A stretch of DNA of 64,000 bases, from the NCBI GenBank assembly GCA_025201805.1, contig MU619271.1:1169-65168 (forward strand), read 5' to 3'. This DNA comes from Parasitella parasitica NRRL 2501 (lineage: Eukaryota > Fungi > Mucoromycota). The notes below the pieces were generated by a model. That model saw only the letters and a list, made by a program, of their open reading frames with translations, had not been told where the DNA came from and did no database searches. Shown here one piece after another: positions 25,860 to 40,188 of the stretch (within the stretch, counting starts at the first letter, position 1; each line of letters starts with the position of its first letter). The position numbers and the translations under genes are program-made.

Positions 25860-26503
25860 TTAGTTTTCATCTTCGACAACTTCGGTATTGAGACCTAGAG
25901 ACAAAGTTTGTTTGGTCAGTAAACTAGTCGCTTCACAGATAGGAGGACCAAGGTCATTAGACAACTTGGCATATTTATACTCCAACCTCTTGCGCTCACT
26001 AACTGGCCGGAAATTCATGTTTGCAAGAGCTTATTCTTGACCAGAATAAAAACCCTCAGTTTAAACATAAATTACGCGGAATCGCAGTGGGATAGATTGC
26101 CAAGGAGATGTAAACTAATAGAAATAGAGAAAAAAACCCTCCCCCCCCCTCCTCTTCTCCACTTACCCTTAAAGTCAACAGTAGGCACAAATGTAACATA
26201 CGAATAGAGCTTTTCTTTGGCATCTTCATCGTCGTTACGCTTGCGGGCAATACGGACACGAATACGGTGGTCAGAATGCTTTACACCACGAGACCAGATA
26301 GCCTTGTTCAATGAGGGGTCAAGACGCACGTCTTTGGTACCCATAGCCTTCTGGGCAAAAGCCTTGACGGCCTTGATGGCATGGGGAGAACGCTTTCTCA
26401 AAGAGCGACCAAAGACATGCTTGTGCAAGTGGATGGTGTATTCACGAGTGACAACATCAGCAAGAGTGGAACGCTTTTGAGGGGTAGCAGTAGACTTGGC
26501 CAT
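25860..26503 (-). CDS. RPL31: 60S ribosomal protein L31 (eL31); exons 26503-26167 and 25894-25860
   Basis: [13 protein letters not shown]...[16 protein letters not shown]...[15 protein letters not shown]. Splicing gives the expected end FKG|[10 protein letters not shown]. Confidence 0.97.
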
Positions 26504-27143
26504 TTCAAGAGTATAATGGATGGATGGATGGATTGCCTCGGTATAGGAATAAAAGAGAGTGAGAGACGAGACTCTACTTGCTCACTCCAAACTATTTCAC
26601 CGTTTCAACTGGTGTTGAAATGTTGGTTGCGGCGGCGGTGGTGGTGGTCGTAGCACTGATACTAGCAGCCTTGGAAATCAAGGCCCTTGGTATTGTGTTC
26701 TTCAAATTAGGGTTATTGAGAGAAAGCTTAAATCTGCTCTTTAGGCAGGTTTAAAAAAGAAATACGCCCAGCTACTATGGCCAGCACTAGAAATCAGCTG
26801 CATTTACTGTATTAAAATTACTTGTTGAGCAGAAAGGCATACGCCCATTGCAGCTGCTTATGGTGCTTGCTTGCCGCTCGCAAAGCAAGGCGAAATTAGC
26901 CCTCATCTGGATCCAACCTCCAAAATATTGTAGAAACGACACGCCAAGTGGCTTGATTCAATGGCACATAGGCTGCCCATTGGTATACAAGGATGGTTGA
27001 TTAGCGCATCATCTTTTATCATTGGCCCCTTCTAGGCGTGTCCCAGAAACGCCAAAATTTTGAATCATCTCTGTTTGCACAAGTTTGTGACCCTTCTTGT
27101 GGGCCTTTCTTTTTTTTGCTTTTATTTCACTCTACTTTTCTGC

Positions 27144-29740
27144 ATGTCTACGAACCTTCGACAAAGACGTGTCGAGTCTGAAGGAGCCTCAGAAAAGCTC
27201 TCAGACGTTGATTTTGATGACTCTAAAAAGGTAATGTATTTACTGTGGCGATTTCCGTAACGCTCCAGCCTTAACGGACAAGACAGTATGGAAAGGACTC
27301 TACGCCTAGTCAGCGTTGTCCTCAGGGCCACTATGCTGCCTGTGCTCTGCTGTTAGTCATTGCTACGTTTACTACATTCTACAAGATTTGGAACCCTGCA
27401 GAAGTCGTGTAAGTCGCTTTTTTCCTTTGCTGACAAGGTTAGAACTCTCCCCCCTCTCCCCCACTCAACAAACACATCATGTAATAGATTTGATGAAGTT
27501 CACTTTGGCAAGTTTGCTGGTTACTACCTGAAAAGAACTTATTATTTTGATGTACACCCTCCGTTGGCTAAACTGATGATTGCGGGCGCTGGCTACCTTT
27601 TAGGGTTTGACGGCCAGTACGATTTTGCAAACATTGGCGACAGCTACATTGATCACCACGTCCCTTACATTGGTCTCCGCGCTCTGCCCGCAACCCTCAA
27701 TGTAATTTGTGTTGCTTTGATGTATGGGATCATGAAGGAATCGGGCTATTCATTGGCCATATGTGTCTTGACAACTGCCATGTACGTCTTTGATAACGCC
27801 ATGGTCACCCAGAACAGGCTGATCTTGCTGGACAGCATGCTGCTTGTGTTCATCTTGGCCACTGTATATAGCTATATTCAGTTTAGAAAGTTGAGGCACA
27901 AATCGTTCTCTGTAGAATGGTGGGGCTGGTTGTTGGCAACTGGCGTTTTCATGGCATTCACTGTGAGGTTGGTAGTGGTTTTTTTTTTTGGTCAAGTATA
28001 TGTATACAGGGTTTTTGACATGCTGTTGCTTTTTCTTTTTTATGCAGCGTCAAAATGGTGGGCCTTTTTGTGGTCGCATTGATTGGGTTTTCGGTTATCT
28101 ACGACCTGTGGATGCTTTTAGATATCAAACGTGGATTAACCATGGTAATGCGCTGTGAGCAAAACTATTGCCAAGACAACATGATTTATACTGACATGCA
28201 CCCTCGGTTAGAATCGATTTATGAAGCACTTTTACGCTCGCGCTTTCAGTCTCATCTTTGTTCCTATTGTCATCTATTTATTTTGGTTCTATGTTCATTT
28301 TGCCATCCTCATTGAATCAGGCCCTGGCGATGCCTTCATGACTACAAGGTTTCAAGACACCCTCAAAAATAGCCCATTGAAAATGTCTGCGCTGGAAATT
28401 TATTACGGCGATGAAATCACCATGAAGCACAAGGACACCAACTCTTATCTTCACTCTCATGATCTCCACTACCCGTTGAGGTACGAAGATGGCCGTGTCA
28501 GCAGCAAAGGGCAGCAAGTTACTGCTGTCATGGAGCCCAACGAAAACTGCTACTGGCGCATCAAGCCTACTACGCCTTCAGAGGATGACCAACAAGAGCC
28601 TCGCCCTGTCAAGAATGGTGACATTATTCAATTAGAACATGTAGTTACCGGCACCAACTTGCTGACCCATGACGTCGCATCACCATGGATGCCTACTAAT
28701 GAGGAAATCACTACCGTTCCCTTGGATACTAGATACGAAGAAACGCTTTTCAAGATTATTTTCGACGACGACGATGCCGAGATATTCGAAACGCACATGG
28801 TATCTTTCCGTCTTATACATGAGGACACCAAGGTAGCTGTTTGGGTTCACAACAAAAAGCTGCCGGAATGGGGGCTGGGACAGTTGGAGGTCAATGGCAA
28901 CAAGAACGCTATCGGCAAGACCAACTACTGGAGTGCTCAGGAGATCAAGGGCAAAAATGCCACTGAAATCAACGCCACCAAGAATGCCAAAGAGCTGGGC
29001 CATATGCCTTTTATCAAAAAGTTCTTTGAGCTGCAAGGACGTATGCTCTCGCACAACGCTGGCTTGACCAAACCTCATCCCTATCAATCGACTCCCATTA
29101 CGTGGCCATTTATGATTCGTGGCGTGTCGTACTGGTCCAAGGAAGAGACCCGATCTCAAATTTACCTGACTGGCAACCTGTTTGGCTGGTATTTGTCTGT
29201 AGGAGGCATTGCCGTTTTTGCTGGCATCATGTTGGCGGATGTGCTGGCTCGCCGTAGAGGCATCGATCCCATCGAGGAGCCCGTCAGACATCGTTTGTTG
29301 CAAAGCGTCGGCTTTTTCTTTGTCGGCTGGGCCTTGCACTACTTTCCCTTTTTCCTCATGGGCCGATCACTCTTCCTCCATCATTACTTGCCTGCTGCCA
29401 CCATCAACTACCTGCTGCTGGGCGCAATGTACCAGTTCATTTTTATAGATGGCATCGATTCTCCCGTCTCCTTTTTGAGCCGCAAGAGTAAATTGACCCG
29501 CCAAACAAGCATGAAAGCTGAAGTTTCATGGAAGGTGTATGTTGCTGTTGGCGTCACCCTTGCTTTGCAGATTGCAATGTTTGTATATTTGGCCCCTTTG
29601 ACTTATGGCACTCCCTTGACAGTCGAAGAGGTGCAAAATCACCAGTTACTGAATGGATGGAAGCTCCAATATGGTAAGTTGCGATAGACGTTTATTTAAA
29701 ATGACGCAAATACATCTAACAAGAGTGAATAGCTAAATAA
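27144..29740 (+). CDS. PMT4: Dolichyl-phosphate-mannose protein O-mannosyltransferase, PMT4 subfamily, multi-exon
   Basis: FDEVHFGKFAGYYLKRTYYFDVHPPLAKL, MIR domains (LHSHDLHYPLRYEDGRVSSKGQQVT), and HYFPFFLMGRSLFLHHYLPA. Confidence 0.92.
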
Positions 29741-29966
29741 CCTCTTTTTCATCATATAAAAATGACATTTCTCACATCATCTACAACTATTTCAATTACT
29801 ACTACAACCACTTCTACTACTATTACTACTACTACTACTACATTTATAAAATAAACCTTCTTTATTACAGTCACTTGAATTTGTGTACAACGATAACAGA
29901 GCATTTGCAGTTATTCCTCTTTTTTCTTGTTCTTGTTCTTATCTGTTTTCTAAATACATACATAAC

Positions 29967-31133
29967 ATGGCCACAAGAAGTAGGACTTTGCTGTTTCTCC
30001 AATATAGAAATTCGTATGCAAGGACGCAGGGCTCTGCTCCTCACTTTTCTGCTGGTTTATCCGAGACGGAAGGGCTAATAGAGAGCTCGGACACCGTAAT
30101 TGAAATGTCGGTGCTACCTCCAAAGTGGTTCGTGTGATGGATATCTCTGCACTAACCACGCATCTAGTAACTCTAATTTAGGGTCGATATTGTAGACGAA
30201 GTGGACGAGGCATTGGACGTAGTCAGAGATAAAAGTATAGGGGTTTTTTTTTTTTTTTTTTTTTGCATACATGCTGATTTTTCGTGTATAACTTAATGAG
30301 CAAAATTCATAGTAACCAAGCTGGAGGGAATGCATCGGAAACATTTGCTACCAGGATTCAATGACAGGACATCAGACGAAGCAGCAATCAATAAACTAAC
30401 ACAGCAAATCACTGACGTAACAAAGCCATACATACCCAGCCGAGAAACTAGGACTAAACAGCCATTTTGCATACAATTAGGAATTTTATCGCATCAAGCG
30501 TGACATTCAGCGTATTCGAGTGGGAGCGAACGACTCGGACCAGGATGACATGTTGGCCAGGAACATCCAAACCAGCTTGGCGACAAAAGTGCAGGACGTA
30601 TCCTCGAGTTTCAGAAAGCAGCAATCTTCATATCTACAGAGTAAAACAAACGTAACATGCAATTTTACACTTTGCTGGTCGCTCATATTCATCTACTAGA
30701 GCTGCAAGGCCAAGAAAACCGCAAAGCGGATATTTTGGGCCTAGAAAATGACCTCAGCTACGAAGCAGCCGAGCTTTTACTAGACGAAGATGCACAATTA
30801 GGCTTTACAGAATCCCAGCTGGCAGTGTTGGAGTCCAACAATGAGACGATCGATCAACGAGAAAGAGAAGTGAATCAGATCGCAAAATCAATACATCAGC
30901 TGGCCGAAATCTTTAGGGATCTGCAGACGTTAGTTATTGATCAAGGATCCATGCTGGACAGAATCGACTATAATATCGAGCAAACCAATGTGCAAGTGAA
31001 GGATGCAGTGGTCCAATTAGATAAAGGCGCTCACTACCAAAGCAAGACTCGAAAGCGCAAACTGATGCTGCTTTTGATCTTGGCCATCATGCTACTCATT
31101 GTCATATTAATTGTAAAGCCCAAGAGGCGATAA
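29967..31133 (+). CDS. TLG2: Syntaxin-16/Tlg2 t-SNARE, multi-exon
   Basis: N-peptide MATRSRTLLFLQYR, LPPKWVD, SNARE motif QREREVNQIAKSI...IDQGSMLDRIDYNIE, and a C-terminal TM. Confidence 0.93.
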
Positions 31134-31183
31134 ACCGCATACATGTATACACACCATAAAATTCTATATCCCCCTCTCCTTCC

Positions 31184-31318
31184 NNNNNNNNNNNNNNNNN
31201 NNNNNNNNNNNNNNNNNNNNNNNNNNNNNNNNNNNNNNNNNNNNNNNNNNNNNNNNNNNNNNNNNNNNNNNNNNNNNNNNNNNNNNNNNNNNNNNNNNNN
31301 NNNNNNNNNNNNNNNNNN
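31184..31318. other. Assembly gap (N run)
   Basis: N characters; probably hides the 5' end of ATG26. Confidence 1.
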
Positions 31319-31319
31319 C

Positions 31320-34300
31320 GCATGATATCAGTACGCATCGATCTTGTTGGCAACAGCTCACACCAGCGCCTCACGTTTACGTCATGATGTGGGTGCCCCA
31401 GCCATTGTGGCCGATTTGACAATGCATTTTGTTCTATTAAAAAGGCTGCAGTTACTAGATTTCTTTCCCGTTTCCTTTTCTTCTCCTGTATACATGTGTT
31501 TTTACTGTGGCGACCAATTTCGATTAAACATTGCGCATGTCAACTAGTAACAGCAACAACCCAATTGTGGTATGATTTACTTCAATGCCTTTCACGTCTG
31601 CAGAATTGCCACGCTTAATCTGTTGTTCAACATGTAGGCAGTACAAGATCTAGACGCTACTGCTGCTGGACCAACTTCTCCAGGTAGGTTCTCAATTACT
31701 TTCATTTCTTCTTCTTTTTGTCCTTTTACTAAAAGACTCTCGTCCTGGTTACAGATAACGTTGCACCTCAAGATGATACCCTCTGCGAAATGCCCACCGG
31801 AAACACCCATCGACCAACGGCTGGATTGACACGAAATCTATCTGAAATGTCAATCGAGTGTAGGACCGCAAATGATGGTCGTGAGCCGTCTTTGGACGAT
31901 GAAATAGTCAATGACAGCCTGTCGAATAGATTGTTGATTGAAGCCAAAGTGAGAAACGTGTTTGAATTACCCCAATCCGAAACACTCGTCAATGGTAAGG
32001 TATTGGCTGCTTAGGGGGTTTTTTTTTTATTGTTTGGGTTATTTAACAATTCGGTTCAATAGAATTTCCATGCTACATGATACGATTGGTCACATTGCCT
32101 GGATGGATGTACATTACTGATCATCATATTTGCTTCTATGCTTCTCTACCTGGGAAAAAGGTAACTATCGCCTACATATTGCATTTTTACACTATGAGCA
32201 AGCAGGCTTATGGATTTCTGCCCTAATCCATAGGAGGGCCCACATAAAGCAGGTTATCTGTCAAAAAAGAACCACGTTACTTCGCCTCGCACCTACCGCT
32301 ACTATTTTGAACTTCGAAACCACGTCTTGTCATGGTACGCATCAGCCGAGACAAAATATTCGCCATTGAACAGCGTAGACTTGAAATGCATCGTCAAAAT
32401 CGAGCCGTCCAAGTTGAAACGATTTGGTATTCGTTTGACCACCAATTCGCACAGCCATTTCACCATTGTGGCCGATTCCCAAGTGTCGCAACACGAATGG
32501 CTGGATGAGTTACGGAAGGGCGTTTTCGTCGCACAGCACGCTGGCAACAGTGTACGGATCGTGCTGCCCTTTTCAAAGATCATGACAGTGGATAAACCTT
32601 CGGTGTTCCAGTTTGCCGCCAACATTAGGATCAAATTTCAGGACGATTTGACGGACCCTGGTGCAACAGGAGAAGATGTAGGTTTTCGCATTGTGAATCA
32701 TATGCTTTATATGCTTTGTATATATATACATAATCTAATTTTGAAACAGTACTACTTTGCCTTTTTCCCAGATATCGAAGATGCGTATCAGGTTATCACA
32801 GATGCGTGGAAGAACAGCAGTGCCACCAACAGTGTTTCTCAGCGAAAGGTTAAAATAAAGACTACGGGCGCCAGTAAATCAACTACTGGTGCTGCTGGTG
32901 GAAGCTTTTTGAGCTTTGACAGCTTTTTGGAGAATATATCACCCGCTGCGTTACCAACGATGCTGATGGGCAAGTTGATGAGTGTTACAAATGCATTTCA
33001 GCAGCCATCAACTGCAACCAGCAGTAGCAATGCAGCCGAAGAGGATGAGTGTGTAGACGATGAGCATACGCAGCAACAACAACAACAACAACAACAACAC
33101 AGCTCATCTCGGTTACCATCTGTTAGAATCCCTTACTTGAGCAGCAATACCAATGGAAAAACAAGAGATGATCCTGCTCCCACGCTGACAACTTCACCAA
33201 ACGAGATGACCAATTCATCATTAGCAGCGAGATTAAAACGGAATTCTCTGTTTTTCACTAAATCAAATACTATCAGCACAACGGGGGAATTGTCGCCAGA
33301 TTCGCCTCCCAGTCAATCACCACCCTCGGCGATAAACAATAGCTCGCAGGAATATTTTCGAGGGGCCGATCAGGCCGAGCTAGTTCAGCCAATTGCAATC
33401 AATAAATCAAGGCCACTTACAGGGCCCTATTCTCTCTCTAAAATACCCCGTGCAGTGACTGATGCCATCAAACATCAAGTGCTTCGAAGTGAGACAGCAA
33501 GCTCAAGTGTACCCGCTGGTGAGTCGCCACCCTCGTCTGCCTCCACTGCAACAGAGGAAGACCAATCCACGCCCAATAACAAGGCCAGCAACAGAAGCCG
33601 AAGCTCATCACTCAGCAACTTTAAACACCATATATCTCCCTACTACCTATACAGCAAGATTAATGGAAACAGCAGCAATACCAGCGCCAGTAGCTTACCG
33701 GCGCCACATATATCCAACATGTCATTAATAAACACAGCCACGGACTTATCTCTGGTCAATGACGCCGACTCTTTTTCGTCAGCCACGAACCAGGCATCCA
33801 AAGCGGGTGCTACTGTCAGCAAAAGACACAGAGCCAAGTCAATGGGAACCACGTTAATCTCGGGTACATTGAACAAGTTAACTCCTGGAAGCACAGACTA
33901 CTATTTCCAGCAGCAGCATATGAATGAAAGTCAGCATAGACATCCCAAGGGGCCCATATGGCTGAGCGATAAAATGATTGAAGCGCTGGGAAAAGCCGCC
34001 AAAGCCGATGCAGCGAGTGCCCACTCTGATTCTCTGTCAGCAAGTTCAGCAAGTTCTGAAGACGACGAATGCAAGCCTACTTTGGATGCCCAAGCCCAAA
34101 AGTTTGCCGCTGCGACTGAGCCCAAAATCCGCCAAGAGGAGCAGCAGACCATCAATGAGCATTTGAATGCCAATTTCCCAATGCTACTCGAGACGGAAGA
34201 CGCAGAAGCAGGTAATAAATGATGTGATTGTGCTAGTTCAGGGTTCCTTGACGTGTAAAAAAAAAAAAAATTGTGATAGTGATCAAGGCGTCTTTTTGGC

Positions 34301-36488
34301 GCACAATTCCTTACTCGGGAAAGATCTACATTACAGACCATTACTTTTGCTTCAGCAGCAAGATATTGGCTGGCCAGCAAAAACTGATTGTACCTTGGCC
34401 TGATGTGATTCAGGTAAACAAAATTAGGACTAAAAGCTACTACCTGCTTTACGGAATGACTATGGTAGTAAAAGACATGGCCGACGAGGTATATAAATAC
34501 AATATTCTACAATCAACACTAGCTTGTAGAGTAGTAATTTGCTTGCGTTACTGACATGAATGCCATAGATTTACTTGGATTTCTCTTCTGTTGAATCAAG
34601 AGATTATTGCTATTCGATCTGTGAATTGAAAACAGAGGGTAAAGCCATACATGATGGGAGGTAGGCAGCTACAAAAAGACGTATGTACGAGTTTTTAGCT
34701 CACACCCGCCATTACCAAGCTCTATCTATTCAGAAGAATCCAATTCACTTTCTCTCAGCAGCTTACTTTTGGATAGGCCAGAGCATGTGGTCCCTCCTAG
34801 GGAATATGGCAAGTTGAATCAATCTTTATCAGTCCCAAACATGCTCTCACGTAATTTAATCCATTAGATGGGCCGCCACTGCTGTCAACTTCAGCTAAGC
34901 TGTCCAAACCAACAGAAGATAGCAAACGCCCTGAAAGAGCAATTCATTTTACATGTCTCACCATTGGATCCCGCGGAGATGTGCAACCTTATGTAGCACT
35001 ATGTAAAGAATTACAAAAGGACGGCCACACATGTCGAATCGCGACACATCCAGAATACGAAAACTGGATTACAGAGCACGGCATTGAATTTAGGTCTATT
35101 GGTGGCGACCCAGGAGAATTGATGGTATGAAACTATGTTGGAATTTCGTGAGTTTGGTATTAAAGCTAATGATCACATAGAAATTATGCATTGATAATAG
35201 CTTTCTGTCTGTTTCTTTCATCAGAGAAGGCACCAAATTCGTAAGTGTATTTTTTTTTCTTTTTATTTAGCGCAGTAGTGCCGTAGTATTGAATTGCGCA
35301 TACAAAGTTTTATAGCTGGTTTGAATCTTTACTAGAGTCATCGTACAAGGCGTGTCAAGGCACCGATGTTATTATCGAAAGTCCTAGTGCTATGGTTGGT
35401 GTTCATATGGCTGAAAAGCTGGGCGTGCCTTACTTTCGCAGTATGCCGTTCCCTTTCACGAGGACAACTAAATTCCCGCATCCTTTTGCCAGCCAATCCA
35501 CTGCTGGTGGACGCATTTATAACGACATGACCTATGTCATGATCGACATGGCCTTATGGACAGGCACGTCTAAATATGTGAATCGCTTCCGTCGCAACGT
35601 GCTTGGACTGCCTTCTACAAACCTGGACCGTCTGGAGTTATGGCGAGTTCCGTACATCTATTCATTCAGCCCGTCTGTTGTGCATCCGCCCAAGGATTGG
35701 CCCGACTACTATCATTGCACAGGCTACTGGTTCTTGGACAATCCTAACATGAAGTGGGAGCCAGACAAGGCACTGGTTGAGTTTTTGAGCAACCCAAGTG
35801 ATGCTCGTCCGGTTGTCTACATTGGCTTTGGCTCTATCATTGTCCCTGATGCAGTAGAGACAACTCGGATAATTGTAGAGTCGGTTTTGAAGGCAGATGT
35901 ACGAGCCATTGTCTGCAAGGGTTGGTCCGCCCGTATTACAACCGGCAGCAAGGCGTCGCACAGGAAATCAAGGTCTGTTGGCGATATGGAGGTCATCAAG
36001 CAAGAAGAGGCCGAACAAGAAGAGGATAGCGAAATGCTACTGGACCAAAATCCAGACACTATTTACCACATTGACTCTGTCCCACACGATTGGCTATTCC
36101 CGCAAATTCAGGGCGTAGTGCATCACGGCGGTGCAGGAACAACGGCGGCGGGATTAAGAGCCGGCTTGCCTACAGTCATCAAACCGTTCTTTGGAGATCA
36201 AAGATTCTGGGGCCAGCGTATTGAGGAGTTGCAAGTGGGAATCTGTTTGAATAAACTGACCAAAAATCATCTGATTGACGCGTTAAAGACGATTACTCAA
36301 AGTACAACCCTGATTGCAAAGGCAAACAAAATAGGAGAAACAATACGAAAGGTGAGTGTTGCTTGTTGTAAGCTTTTTTAAAAACGTAATAATTCTCTAA
36401 TTAAAACGCATGACAGGAAAATGGGCCACGAAACGCAGTGGAGAGTATATATCGCGAATTTCAGTTTGCCAAGGACCAGAGATTGTAA
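31320..36488 (+). CDS. ATG26: Sterol 3-beta-glucosyltransferase (GRAM-PH-GRAM-GT1); 5' end falls in the N-gap
   Basis: [15 protein letters not shown]...[14 protein letters not shown] (GRAM), PH domain, [55 protein letters not shown]. Confidence 0.93.
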
Positions 36489-36660
36489 TTAAATCTGTGC
36501 TGATGAAATAAAATCTTTTATATACGTGGTGCATTTGCATGCTACAGAGAGGAGGAAATAATAATATAATAATTATAACAAAGGAAAAGAGGCTGTTGTT
36601 TTCAACATTTCTTCATTTTTGCCAAAAAAAAAATGGGCTATTGAACAATACCGTAGGTAT

Positions 36661-39405
36661 TTAGAATTCAAGACCAACTTCAGGAACATAACCGGCCTTT
36701 TCGTAGTACGCGATAACCTTTTTGGACTTGCTGACAGTAGCCTCAACAGTGATACCAAACTTATTGTACAAAGCCTTGATGGGAGCGGATGCACCGAACG
36801 ATCTCATACCAACTTGAGCATGAGAGTAACGTTCCCAACCAGTGACACCGAGAGCTTCGATAGAAACAATAGGGACACCGAGAGAGAGAACAGACTTTTT
36901 GTACTCTTCAGGTTGCTCATCATAGAGCTCGGAACAAGGCATGGAAACCACACGAGTGGGAATTCCTTCAGCAGCGAGCGCCTTGGCAGCATCAACTGCC
37001 AATGAGACTTCAGAGCCAGTGGCGACCAAAATGAGCTTGGCACCCTCAGCGTCTTGGAGGACATAAGCACCACGACGAACAGCTTCAATCGAAGAACCTT
37101 CAAGTTGAGGCAAGTTTTGACGAGAAAGAGCAATGACAGAAGGGCGATGTTGATCCTCAATGGCTACCAAATAGGTGCCAGAGACCTCGTTACCATCAGC
37201 AGGACGGAATGTGAGCATGTTGGGAGTGGCACGGGTCAAGACCAGTGTCTCGATGGGCTGATGCGTAGGTCCGTCCTCGCCAAGGCCAATGGAATCGTGA
37301 GTCATGACATAGATAACACGAAGATGAGATAAAGCTGAAAGACGAGCAGCGCCCCAACCATATCTGTACAAGTCAAAAATGGCATGGTTAGTTGATAAGC
37401 TGATAGGTTCGGGTTACGCTGTGTGAGCTTACGTAAGGAAGTTCAAGAAGGTGCCACCAAAGGGGATGTTACCACCAAAGGCAGCTAAACCGTTCATGAT
37501 GGCAAACATGCCGTGTTCACGAACACCATAACGGAAGTAGCGACCGCTGTAGTCACCGAGGTTGGTAGAAGGATGTTGGAAATCAACAGCCTTCTTCCAG
37601 CGAGTAAGGTTGGAGCCGGTCAAATCAGCGGAACCGCCCAACAATTCGGGGATAACTTCAGAAAGGGCAGTCAAGACACCTTCAGACAACTTGCGAGTGG
37701 CAACAGCAGCGTCAGCAGGAGTGAAGCGAGGAAGAGCCTTCTCCCAACCCTCAGGCAGCTTGCCAGAGAAACGACGCTGGATTTCGGAAGCCTCTTGAGG
37801 GAACTCGGCACCGTATTTGGCAAAGAGAGCGTTCCAAGCTTCTTCGGTCTTGGCACCTTGTTCAGCACGGGCATTGTACAAGTCGTAGACCTATTTCATT
37901 GCATGTATTAAATACTTCTCCCCCCAATGACTGTCCTCGGGAATTTGATATGTCGCACTTACCTCTTGGGGAACAACATACTTTTCCTCGGGGTTGAAGC
38001 CAAACTTTGTCTTGACCTGAATGATATCATCATCTATTTCACATACTTTGGGTTAGCCATGTATGAAAAATATCCAAATGGCTGAGGGCAATTGACTTAC
38101 CAGAGAGGGGAGAGCCGTGAACCTTTTCCTCGCCTTGCATCAAAGAACCATAACCTTTTTTTTTTTTTTTTTTTTTGATTGAATCACAATACAGATTAGT
38201 ATGCATTTCGAATAAATCTCTGATGATAAACATCTATTACCGATGGTAGTCTTGACCTTGATAAGAGTAGGCTTATCGGTGCAAAGCTTGGCTGCCTCAA
38301 TGGCTTTTTCAATGGAAGCAAAGTCATTATCGCCGTCAGCGACAACAAGTGTTTGCCAACCATAAGATTCAAAGCGCTTGATGACATCTTCAGTGAATGA
38401 AACTTCGGTGGAACCATCAATGGTGATCTTGTTGTCGTCATAAAGAGCAATCAATTTACCAAGCTTCCAATGACTACACATATAGACATTCTCAGGGGTA
38501 AGTCACCAGATCTTCAGGTACCAACTTTAAAAGAAAAAAATACAATTACCCGGCAAGCGAAATAGCTTCAGCAGAAACGCCTTCTTGGAGACAGCCATCA
38601 CCGAGAATGACATAAGTGTGGTTGTTGAAGAGCTCATAGCCGGGACGGTTGAATGTAGCGGCAAAGTGAGCCTCGGCAGCAGCCAAACCAACGGCATTGG
38701 AGATACCTGGATCAAATCCCTGTCAGAGTCCTGATTTCTGATGACCTATTTCAGGTTTGTATCTTACCTTGACCAAGAGGACCAGTGGTGACTTCGATAC
38801 CGGGAGTATCATTTAACTCGGGATGGCCAGGAGTCCTATCCAAGTTCAAGTTAATTTTCCGGGATTCAACATGTTTGAAATGCGCAAAATCTTTTTTTTT
38901 TTTTTTTTTTTTGGTGCTGAGAAAGAATGACTCTTATTGTAAACGAACATCTCCGCTATTGGATTGGTCATCAAAACAAGAGCACACGAAATTCAACAGG
39001 TATGCCACATCTCGCGATTCTACGCTTTCAGGTACTTACTTTGAGTCGAGTTGACGGAATGACTTCAAGTCTTCCATGGAAACGTCATAGCCAGCGATAT
39101 GGAGCATAATGTACTGAAGAGCACAGCCGTGGCCGTTGGAGAGAACGAAACGATCACGGTTGATAAACTTGGGGTTCTTGGGGTTGTAGGCCATGAACTT
39201 GCTGAACAAGACATGAGCCATAGGAGCACAACCCATGGGAGCACCTTATAAACCATAAAATCAGTTGTTGTTGTTGTTGGGGGAGGGGGTTTGTCTATAG
39301 CGGGCAATATTACTTACCAGGATGACCAGAGTTGGCACCCTTAACCACATCAGCAGCGAGACAACGGACGGTATCTACAACTCTTTGATCAATATCTTGA
39401 ACCAT
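36661..39405 (-). CDS. TKL1: Transketolase, multi-exon
   Basis: ANSGHPG|[65 protein letters not shown]. Confidence 0.97.
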
Positions 39406-40188
39406 AATGGGTAATTTCTTTTATGTAACGAAAAAAAAAAAAAAAAAAAAAAGAAGTAAAAGGAGATCAAGATATCTACTTCTCGGGGCGGGCCTTTATA
39501 TACTTTTTTTTTTTTTTTAACCATACCTGAGCGACATCTATTACTCAATATCTTGTTCGATTACTGTAACGTCACATTTGGGGTTACGGTATGAAATAAA
39601 CTTTTTGAAGACAGTATAAATGGGGTGGGACCCGATTTTTACATCTGGAAACCTTGAAAACCTGAAAAAGTCAAGATGCGAAATGTGGGAGGGTGTTTAT
39701 GCGACCATAGCATCGATCATTGCCATGCAATTGAAGAGTATCGTCTTGCTTTATGCCCTTTTCCATCGAGGCATTTCGCAGTGAAAATGACGCCGTCAAT
39801 TAATTCCAGCAAAAAGTAGATTCTATAAAAAGTTGGCATCGCATAAAAAGCTCTATAATACACAAAAGCCTTTTGATAGATGCGGTTTTCTATAAAGTTA
39901 AAAAGAGAGGGGTAAAAATCAGTGGAAAGACAGCTGATAACTAGCCTACATATATAATAATATTCTTAGCATATATGCTCATAAGCGTTTCTTCTCAAGT
40001 CCACCTGTCTATACTTTTTGTTAGCACAAGCAAAAGATGGCTCACATGTCTTGAGTATCGACACATATATTGATGCGCTATACCCGTAATATTCCATTAC
40101 ATTTTTTGTTAGTGCCATCACTGATGAAACCCGTTTCATCCAATATTTTTTTCTGGTATTGTGCAGTTGCTCTCTCCCAAGCAAGAAA

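Noticed and set aside
28680-29339. 219-aa antisense ORF
   Set aside because: Shadow ORF opposite the PMT4 coding exon, like many other antisense ORFs in the track.
38836-39035. ~200-nt transketolase intron with TGATGA (possible box C/D snoRNA)
   Set aside because: No matching downstream CTGA box D or terminal stem was found.
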